From an uncultured Chloroflexia bacterium (GTDB lineage: Bacteria > Chloroflexota > Anaerolineae > Anaerolineales > Anaerolineaceae): a DNA stretch of 32,000 nt. Location: the NCBI GenBank assembly GCA_963704755.1, contig OY969938.1, positions 4,380,001 to 4,412,000 on the forward strand, written 5' to 3'. Shown one piece after another: positions 25,088-32,000 of this stretch (position 1 is the first letter of the stretch; each line of letters begins with the position of its first letter). The notes beneath the pieces were generated by a model. The model saw only the letters and a list, made by a program, of their open reading frames with translations. It was not told where the DNA came from and did not search any database. A program made the translations under genes and the position numbers.

Positions 25088-26315
25088 ATGGCGCAAACGA
25101 AGGCATTAATCACTGGCATAGGGGGATTTGTAGGGCCTTATCTGGCGAAATCGCTCCTTGCGCATGGCTATCAGGTATTCGGGTTGATCAAAGAAGGTGA
25201 GGAGAACAAGGGCCTGTTTGGATTGGATTTGGAAGAATACCGTTCGATCCAACTCAGGCCGTTTGACTTAGCCCAGCAAGAATCGATCGATCTTGTTTTA
25301 AAAGATACTCAACCGGATATCATTTTTCATCTGGCGGGTTTTTCTTCGGTTCAAGGCAGTTTTCTAAATCCGTTTGAAGCCTACCAGGCTAACTGCCGGG
25401 GTATTGAAAATTTGCTCGAATTCGATCCGTGCAAACTGCCCCGAGGCAAAATTTGTGTTTGTTGGGTCATCTGAGGAGTTCGGCCTGCAAATTTCCTCGG
25501 AAGAACATTTCCAATGGGCATTGGAGAGATACAAATCGGTGTTCCCGCTCCCAAGTCATATCCCTGAACTGCCGGTTAACGAGAATAACCCATTGAGGCC
25601 TCTGAGCCCTTATGCGGCCAGCAAGGTATATGGCGATTTTCTGTCCCGAACTTACCACGCCTCTTTCCGCCTGAATACAATAGTTACCCGGGCTTTTAAT
25701 CACGATGGGGCCGGTCGAGGAGCAGGTTATGTGACCGCGTCGATAAACCAACAATGCATTCAATTGGCCGATGGTGTGCTGGACCAAATCACGTTGGGTA
25801 ACGTGTGCGCCTTTCGCGATTGGAGTCACGTGGAGGATATTGTCGAGGGGTACCGGTTACTGGCAGAAAAAGGATCGACTGGAGAGGTATATGTATTGGG
25901 ATCGCGCCGGATGAATTCGGTTCTGGCGTACCTGCTGCATAACCTCGAACTGGTCGGCTACCCGGTTTTGGCGTTGGAAACCTGGAAAGGTGAAAAGCGC
26001 ATCGAAGATCCGCTCAAAATCGATCCGCATCCGTTTATGGGGATGAATATCTGCTTACCGCAGGTGGACCGTTTGCTTCTTTCAGACGGCTTCACTTATT
26101 CATTGAAAGATGAAGGATTGCGATTATTTACTGAACGCGGGGAAATCCGGGTCGTCTTCGATCCGGGCCGGTATCGGCCGGCGGACATTCCGTATATGAT
26201 CAGCGATCCCGCCAAAGCAGAAGCGCTCGGTTTTCGCGTCACACATTCCTTGCAAGATATCATCCGCGATCAGGTGGGGTTTTACCGGCAAAAGTTCATG
26301 ACCAGGCCCGTGTAA
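25088..26315 (+). pseudogene. NAD-dependent sugar-nucleotide epimerase/dehydratase (GDP-mannose-4,6-dehydratase/reductase-like), split by a 1-nt frame change near 25416-25424
   Basis: ORF 25088-25474 has ITGIGGFVGPYL (a GxxGxxG loop) ...ANCRGIENLLE. ORF 25374-26315 continues in another frame with NSIRANCPEAKFVFVGSSEEFG...PLSPYAASKVYGD (YxxxK). The joined reading NLL(N/D)SIRAN is collinear with the family. Confidence 0.75.
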
Positions 26316-26324
26316 AATTGGGTC

Positions 26325-28310
26325 TCACCCCGCTGGCGGGGTCCAATCGCTGCAGGGGGTTTCTCTGGGCACCAGGAGCTGTACGTCTACAGGTGTGAGA
26401 TCGGTTTGGACCCGGTAGTAGCACAATAGCGGTGCGGCTACCCAGACCGTCCAGGCGTTGTTTTCTTCAGAAAAATAGCCGTAACTGAGCTTGTAGGAGG
26501 TATTAACCGGCTCGCTGATGATCAGGGCGTAGCGGTGGGCCTGCAGGTCTGCGTAGAAGGGTTTGAAATAGTCCCCATCCGAGGCCATGGCCATATCCAT
26601 GAGCACCTTTTTCTCGTATTCGGGGTGGAAGGGGATATTCTTGATGTAGCCAAAGGCCACCAGTTGGCGATCGTCCATGAAGAGGACGTCCTGACCGGCA
26701 GCAACGGTGCCGGCAACTTCGTCCTGGATGGTCTTCAGGGATGAATCGACTACGTTTTGGGCCGGCAAGCGCAGCGGGCGCGAATTTTGAACGGTGTAGG
26801 CCATCGGCGCTAACAGAGAAAGCGCAATCAAGAAATGCATCCCTTTGGAGAGTGTGATTTTATTTTTGAAGACCGTGGTCAAAGCCAGGGCCGAGATCAG
26901 CACCACAGAGCAAAGGAACATGTCCAGGTTGTGCAAATTGCTCCCGCCGCCTATTTTAGCGGAAATAATTGCGCCAACCCCGGCCGTCGCGGCTAATCCG
27001 CCGAATACGGCCAGGGCCTGAAGGCCGTCCAACTTCCACTTATGTGTCCGCCATAAGATAAAAAGCAGCAATACCGGTGCGCCGGCTGCCAGAAGAATGC
27101 TGGTGATAATCCCATATTGGTAAGTCGGGTTCGGCAGCAGGCGATACCATAAAAGCGGTTGGTTGAGGGGCAAATCCACCGTGGAGGAGTTGTCGAAAAA
27201 AGCCAGGTAAGCGCCAACACCCACCACGGCGCCGGTACCGGCGCTGATCAAAAAGGGGAGCAGCCGTTTGATCTGGCTCCCTACGCGCCGGGGATAATAT
27301 TCGAGCAGCTCGACCAGGGCGGCCCAATAGCCACCCATAAACATCCAGGTCCAGCGCGAGACACTGGCATACAGGCTGCCCAGGGCAATAGGTATCTCCC
27401 GTGGGCCAACCGAGGCGGTCTGGACGATCAGCACCAGAAAACCGGCGATGAGAATCATGGGGTAGGTGGGACCCTGCATGATGAACAGGCCACCCCATAA
27501 GATGAACAGCACGCGCAGCCAGCGTGGCCGCAGGCGCATGGAGGCGGCGAAACTGAACAGGAACGGGGTGAACGACCACAGAAACGCGTCCCAGGCGCGG
27601 TGAACGATGATGGGCAGGTTCGGGAACAGAAACAGGAATCCCCACAACCCATAGCGCCCTGGGGAGAAGTAAGGGGTATCCATCGACCCGGTGGGCTGGT
27701 AGATACTGCGGCCGAAGATTAGCGAATAATCGTAAAAACGATTGCCCTCCGACCAGGTCAGCAGGAAGGGATAATTGCTCACCTGGCTGAAGTGCAGAAA
27801 GACTGCAAAGGTTGTGCCGAAAATCAGGCCGGTCATTGCCAGGTTGATTAAGAAATTCTCTCCGGCGGTTGGCCGGCTGCCTTTCAGGGTGATCTTGGGG
27901 ATCCCCGGCAGCAGATAGGCGCACAACGCCAGCCAGGGCAGGAGGATCATCCAGCGCGTCCAGGGTTTGAGCAGGTGGACGCTGTAGCGGTGAACCAGCA
28001 GGATATATTCAAGAAACAGCGTGCCGGCCAGGAAAAGGACCCAGGGAGCAACTTTTCCCACCCTTGCCTTGACCCAATCGAGCAGCCTCATTGGATTCCA
28101 TTTGCCAGTGGCGATCAGGATCACCAGGATGATGATTCCCAGGGCCAGGAGTCCATACAGCCCAAAGATGATCTTCCAGGGTAGGGCGTATCCTCCGCCT
28201 GTGCCGCTGCCTTTCGCATAGACAAGTTCTTCGTGGAGGGAAAAACCGATGGTCACGAGGTAAAGGAGCCCGGCTCCAAGAACAGGGAAGGCTGCTTTGA
28301 TTTTATTCAT
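26325..28310 (-). CDS. Large polytopic membrane protein (661 aa, 12 or more TM) with a C-terminal soluble domain; putative GT-C-type glycosyltransferase
   Basis: Hydrophobicity pattern plus operon context: an ATGA overlap with the upstream flippase-like gene, downstream of a polyprenol-phosphate GT2. No specific family motif was recognised, so the function is inferred from context. Confidence 0.45.
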   Translation of the reverse strand: MNKIKAAFPVLGAGLLYLVTIGFSLHEELVYAKGSGTGGGYALPWKIIFGLYGLLALGIIILVILIATGKWNPMRLLDWVKARVGKVAPWVLFLAGTLFLEYILLVHRYSVHLLKPWTRWMILLPWLALCAYLLPGIPKITLKGSRPTAGENFLINLAMTGLIFGTTFAVFLHFSQVSNYPFLLTWSEGNRFYDYSLIFGRSIYQPTGSMDTPYFSPGRYGLWGFLFLFPNLPIIVHRAWDAFLWSFTPFLFSFAASMRLRPRWLRVLFILWGGLFIMQGPTYPMILIAGFLVLIVQTASVGPREIPIALGSLYASVSRWTWMFMGGYWAALVELLEYYPRRVGSQIKRLLPFLISAGTGAVVGVGAYLAFFDNSSTVDLPLNQPLLWYRLLPNPTYQYGIITSILLAAGAPVLLLFILWRTHKWKLDGLQALAVFGGLAATAGVGAIISAKIGGGSNLHNLDMFLCSVVLISALALTTVFKNKITLSKGMHFLIALSLLAPMAYTVQNSRPLRLPAQNVVDSSLKTIQDEVAGTVAAGQDVLFMDDRQLVAFGYIKNIPFHPEYEKKVLMDMAMASDGDYFKPFYADLQAHRYALIISEPVNTSYKLSYGYFSEENNAWTVWVAAPLLCYYRVQTDLTPVDVQLLVPRETPCSDWTPPAG

Positions 28311-29263
28311 CCGGTTGGGGAGGTTTCTTCTTGAATTTTAGGTTCTCTTTTAAGCAGGGAGGGCAGGAATAACGCTCCCGGAAGACTGGCGACCACCGTT
28401 AAGGTGCGTAAAATGAGCGCCACGGCCAGGCTGGTCTGGGGAGAAACGCCGGCCAACTGAGTGTACACAAAGGTCACCGACAACTCTTGCAAGCCGTAGC
28501 CGTTGATCGAGATGGGCAGCAAGGTAACAAAATACACCAGCACGTACAACCCGCCAACGGTCATGAAGGGCAGGGGTTCACCCATTTTGGATAAAGCCAG
28601 CCATTGGATCGCGAAAAAACAAACCGTGTGGACCAGGGTGAAAAACAGGGCGATGAAAAGCCCGGCGGGATGTTTTAGCCACCGGACCAACGAGGAAAGC
28701 GTGGATTTGGTGAAGGAGACTACTTTACTGAAGAGCTTGTTCCCCCAGGGGAGGGCAGCGGTAAAGGATTCCAAGGCCGGCTTGTTAGCTGCCTGAAAAA
28801 TGTAGGGGAAGCTCCACGGGAGGGCTAAAGCCATGCCGGTCATCCCGACCAGGCGATCGGCGATCAAAGAAGCCGTGCTGAGGCTGCTTTCGATGCCCAA
28901 TTGGATGGCGCCAAACAGGCGGACCACATCACCGCCAATGGTAGATGGTAGAAAATTGGATGCAAAAAGGCCGGCCAGGGTAATCCGGCTGGATTGGGCA
29001 ATAGTGATCTTTCCGCCGCCGCTCTTGACCAGGGCATGCCAGCGGCAAATCACGGCCAGGCGCGAAACGACCATCAGTAAGGCCATCTCGACCAGGCTGC
29101 TTATCGGAATACGGATAAATACCGCCCAGATTTCATCCAGCCTCTGTCCGGATACAAGCCAGACTAACAAACCAATCGAGATCAACGTCCCGGCCAGGCG
29201 CAGCCAGAATTTGCTGTCTTTTTTAGTTGAGGGAGGAATCGCCTGGGAAGTTGTTTTTGCCAT
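28307..29263 (-). CDS. UPF0104 / lysyl-phosphatidylglycerol-synthase-TM-region-like (flippase-like) membrane protein
   Basis: 318 aa with about 8 TM segments. The N-terminus KKDSKFWLRLAGTLISIGLLVWLV...RWHALV...FLPSTIGGDVVR is typical of the family. It commonly pairs with GT2 genes. Confidence 0.6.
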   Translation of the reverse strand: MAKTTSQAIPPSTKKDSKFWLRLAGTLISIGLLVWLVSGQRLDEIWAVFIRIPISSLVEMALLMVVSRLAVICRWHALVKSGGGKITIAQSSRITLAGLFASNFLPSTIGGDVVRLFGAIQLGIESSLSTASLIADRLVGMTGMALALPWSFPYIFQAANKPALESFTAALPWGNKLFSKVVSFTKSTLSSLVRWLKHPAGLFIALFFTLVHTVCFFAIQWLALSKMGEPLPFMTVGGLYVLVYFVTLLPISINGYGLQELSVTFVYTQLAGVSPQTSLAVALILRTLTVVASLPGALFLPSLLKREPKIQEETSPTG

Positions 29264-30227
29264 TTTTCTCGGGGTAAATTTCGTCCAGGTTGACTACTGT
29301 CCGAATAGTGTAGGTCGGTTTGTTCTGTGATTTGTGATAAGTACGCACCAGCAACTCGGCGATCAAACCCATTAGCACAGACTGGACTCCCAGGATGGCC
29401 AGCATCGTGCCCGTCTGGAAGAATGGCGATCCCAACACGCTGATTCCCCAGAAGACTCGCCGGATAATCAGGAACAGGAATAAAACCAGGCTTATAGCCA
29501 CCAGGATAAAACCCATCCCGCCAAACAGGTAAATGGGTTTATTGGCGTAGCTGGATAAAAATTTGGCCGTGACCAGGTCGAGCATAACCTTGATCGTGCG
29601 CTCGAGGCCGTATTTGGCTTTCCCGAATTTTCGCGGGTGGTGGTGAACCTCCACCTCCACGATCCGGGCGCCGACCAAATCGGCAAAGACCGGGATGAAG
29701 CGATGCATTTCACCATAGAGCTTGAACCCTTTGATGACTTCACATCGGTACGCCTTGAGCGTGCAGCCGTAATCGTGTAAATGGACACCGGTAATCCAGG
29801 AGATCAAACCATTGGCGATGTGTGAGGGTAAAGTGCGGGTCAAGTAGGTATCTTTACGGAGCCGGCGCCAACCCGAGACCACATCGTATCCCTCTTCGAT
29901 CTTTGCAATCATCATGGGGATGTCGGCCGGGTCGTTCTGCAAATCGGCGTCCATCAAAACGATGATTTCTCCAGCGGCGTGGTCGATCCCGGCTGCGATG
30001 GCGGCCGTCTGGCCAAAATTACGCCGGAAAACGATCACTCGTATGTGCAGGGGGTCCAGTTTGGCCAGGTCCATTAACGCCTGAGTAGAGCCATCCCGGC
30101 TGCCGTCATCGATGAGCAATAATTCCCAGGGTTTGCCCAGGTCTACCAGGCTTTTAACGATAGCTTGATAAAGCAGGGGAATATTTTCAACTTCGTTGTA
30201 GATAGGTGAAACGATTGAAAGATACAT
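29223..30227 (-). CDS. Family-2 glycosyltransferase, polyprenol-phosphate sugar synthase type (GtrB/ArnC/DPM1-like) with two C-terminal TM helices
   Basis: The start is moved to ATG 30227 (RBS GAGGTGA). Key stretches are MYLSIVSPIYNEVENIP...LLLIDDGSRDGS...VLMDADLQNDPADIP, and the C-terminal TM pair is IYLFGGMGFILVAISLVLFLFLII / MLAILGVQSVLMGLIAELLV. Confidence 0.85.
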   Translation of the reverse strand: MYLSIVSPIYNEVENIPLLYQAIVKSLVDLGKPWELLLIDDGSRDGSTQALMDLAKLDPLHIRVIVFRRNFGQTAAIAAGIDHAAGEIIVLMDADLQNDPADIPMMIAKIEEGYDVVSGWRRLRKDTYLTRTLPSHIANGLISWITGVHLHDYGCTLKAYRCEVIKGFKLYGEMHRFIPVFADLVGARIVEVEVHHHPRKFGKAKYGLERTIKVMLDLVTAKFLSSYANKPIYLFGGMGFILVAISLVLFLFLIIRRVFWGISVLGSPFFQTGTMLAILGVQSVLMGLIAELLVRTYHKSQNKPTYTIRTVVNLDEIYPEKNGKNNFPGDSSLN

Positions 30228-30315
30228 GCTCACCTCAAATTGATTTCCCCCCAATTTTACTTGTGTTTTGAGGATTTGAGGTGAGATGTCTTGTTTTCGA
30301 CGCTTGCAAAGATTG

Positions 30316-30366
30316 TTCTGGATGAGGACGAACACCTACTTTGCGTTCTTTTATTCTCATCCAGAA
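30316..30366. promoter_or_regulatory. Perfect 11-bp inverted repeat (TTCTGGATGAG-N29-CTCATCCAGAA) between the lapA-like gene and the GT2 gene
   Basis: The arms lie at 30316-30326 and 30356-30366, about 90-140 nt upstream of the GT2 start on the minus strand. This is a candidate operator or RNA hairpin. Confidence 0.4.
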
Positions 30367-30406
30367 TTCAGGCATCCGGATTAAGCAGGAAAAGACCGCG
30401 GCAAAA

Positions 30407-30784
30407 TTATTGCGGTGTGGATTGGTCCGGCGCCGGATCAGGTGCAGTTTCTACCGTTTCGACCACCGGAGCCGGCTTTCCCATATCGGCAATCAAGGCA
30501 GTCTGGGCTTCGATCTTTTGCCGGGCTTCTTGGAGGCTCTTTTCCAGCGAATCGATCTTCTTTTTACGAGACGAAAGCTGAATTTTGTTGCGGATGACGG
30601 AGGGTAATATGGTCAACAAACCGATAATGACCCCCGCGGCGATTGCGATTAACAGAATCAACGCCAGGGATTGATCCCATCTCCAGACCATGAATGCGAC
30701 CGAGATTGGAATAGTATTTTGCAACGCAAATATTACGGCCACCACGGCCACAATTAAGGCAAGTATAAGAAATACAGTGAGCAT
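30407..30784 (-). CDS. LapA-domain (DUF1049) membrane protein with a coiled-coil tail
   Basis: 125 aa. LILALIVAVVAVIFALQNTIPISVAFMVWRWDQSLALILLIAIAAGVIIGLL is the characteristic two-TM LapA-domain pattern. Confidence 0.75.
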   Translation of the reverse strand: MLTVFLILALIVAVVAVIFALQNTIPISVAFMVWRWDQSLALILLIAIAAGVIIGLLTILPSVIRNKIQLSSRKKKIDSLEKSLQEARQKIEAQTALIADMGKPAPVVETVETAPDPAPDQSTPQ

Positions 30785-31039
30785 AACTTTACCCTCCTGG
30801 AAAACCCCAAGAAGCCAGATCTGAAACGACTAGGATGATTGCGTTCAACGACATTATTAAAAATAATTATGCCACATTTTCGCGGAGTGCGCATAAACGG
30901 GCGGGTACGTTTTCTGGGTGATTGCGTGCTCCGGTTTTCAAAGAGATCGATCCGGGGTTTTGGAGCTGGCTGCCGGCCATTGATCAGTACGCAATAAATT
31001 GAGACTAGGCCTGCCCGGCGATGCGCCTGATGTTCGGAT

Positions 31040-31913
31040 TCATTGCTCGAAAGGAACGTCTGAATAAGTGAACGCCAGGCCGACTGAACCTGTGCCGATA
31101 TACGTCCCCAAAACCGGGCTGATGGTGGTGACGAATGCGTTGACCACCCGGTCGACGCCCAGATATTCGCGGGCGTTTTCGACTAGTTTTTCGGCCAGTT
31201 CGGGAATATCGGCATACAACCCGGCAATTTCAATGTATTTGCTGTCGCCCACTTCCTGCCCGACCAGTTCGATGACCCGCTGCATAGCGCGCCCAAAGGT
31301 GCGCACCTTTTCGGCCGCGTCGATGATCCCTTCGCGCGTTTTCAGAATGGGCTTGATCTGCAGGACAGACCCGAGGAACGTGGCTGCTCCGCCGATGCGC
31401 CCGCCGCGATAAAGAAATTCCAGGCTGCCTGGGACGAAATAAATGTTGGAGTGTTTGCGTACATTTTCAGCGATTTCGGTGCATTCAGTCAATGAAGCGC
31501 CATTTACGGCTGCCTGGGCGGCGTGCAGCACCATGAAAGCCATCGCGGCTGCGCCGGTCAGCGAGTTCGACCAGGTTAATTTTGTTCGAGGCCAACTCTT
31601 TGATCGCCTGGCAGGCAGCGTTGAACGTACCGGACAATTTGGAGGAGAAGTGAATGCTGAGGATTTCGTAACCCTGGTCCAGTAATTTCTTGTAAATATT
31701 GATAAATTCCTGGGTGGTAATTTGGGATGTTTTCGGCAGGTCTTTTTCAATTTTCAGCCGGCCGAAAAATTCGGCCGGTTGGATATTTACACTGTCGTCG
31801 TAATTTTGCCCATTCCAGGTGATGTGCATCGGCAGAATATGAATGGGCAGCCCGTTCATCAAATCTTGTGATACATACGCGGTACTGTCGGTGATTATGG
31901 CTACTTTACTCAA
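31040..31913 (-). pseudogene. DegV-family fatty-acid-binding protein, split by a 1-nt frame change near 31563-31570
   Basis: ORF 31485-31913 (TTG start) gives MSKVAIITDSTAYV...ILSIHFSSKLSGTFNAACQAIKELASNKINLV. ORF 31040-31750 continues in another frame with SLTGAAAMAFMVLHAAQAAVNGASL...FVPGSLEFLYRGGRIG.... The junction reads GTCGAACTCG where GTCGACTCG would give the family-typical NLVDSLTG. Confidence 0.8.
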
Positions 31914-32000
31914 TCTAATTCTCCCAAAAATAAATCTGTCCGGTACCTTTTCGGCGTCAGGGTCATGCTAGCTTACCAATGGCATAGGACCTGTTAATTA

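Noticed and set aside
27040-27924. 294-aa ORF in an alternative frame of the same (minus) strand, nested within the large membrane protein gene
   Set aside because: It is an Arg/Pro-rich shadow ORF. The 661-aa frame has a coherent transmembrane pattern and operon coupling.

Overview
This is a GC-rich bacterial chromosomal segment. Gene content (class-E-like sortase, LapA-domain protein, many aerobic-type Mo-hydroxylase genes) hints at a Chloroflexota-like organism, but I cannot verify the taxon. Layout from left to right:

- **1-2223, minus strand:** an operon of an IclR-PPOX fusion regulator, a NitT/TauT-type ABC ATPase and a permease that runs off the window.
- **2224-3575:** a 1.35-kb non-coding gap. 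It holds four tandem copies of a ~221-bp hairpin-rich unit, bracketed by inverted heptad-repeat arrays.
- **3576-15505, plus strand:** a ~12-kb putative N-heterocycle/purine-type catabolic island. It encodes a GNAT-like protein, FdrA, YlbE/DUF1116, a fused double cyclase/formamidase-like protein, CoxM/S/L-type Mo-hydroxylase subunits, CoxG and an NCS2 nucleobase permease. Two almost identical near-consensus promoters with long leaders drive it.
- **15.6-20.6 kb:** an NmrA-like protein, hypothetical proteins, a sortase with a small tail-anchored protein, a membrane protein with a zinc-ribbon tail, an orphan YgiT zinc-finger protein and tRNA-Lys(UUU).
- **20.6-25.1 kb:** a visibly AT-richer block with a large STAND-TPR-LuxR regulator and a secreted CAP/SCP-domain protein.
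- **25.1-32 kb:** a sugar-nucleotide epimerase/dehydratase, a three-gene membrane glycosylation module (GT2, UPF0104 flippase-like, large polytopic GT-C-like protein), a LapA-domain protein and DegV.

The best candidates for something undescribed are the structured tandem repeat array at 2.3-3.35 kb and the unusual FdrA/YlbE + double-cyclase + Mo-hydroxylase island with its IclR-PPOX regulator. Five genes show single-base frame disruptions. That pattern looks more like assembly error than biology and should be kept in mind for every other call.
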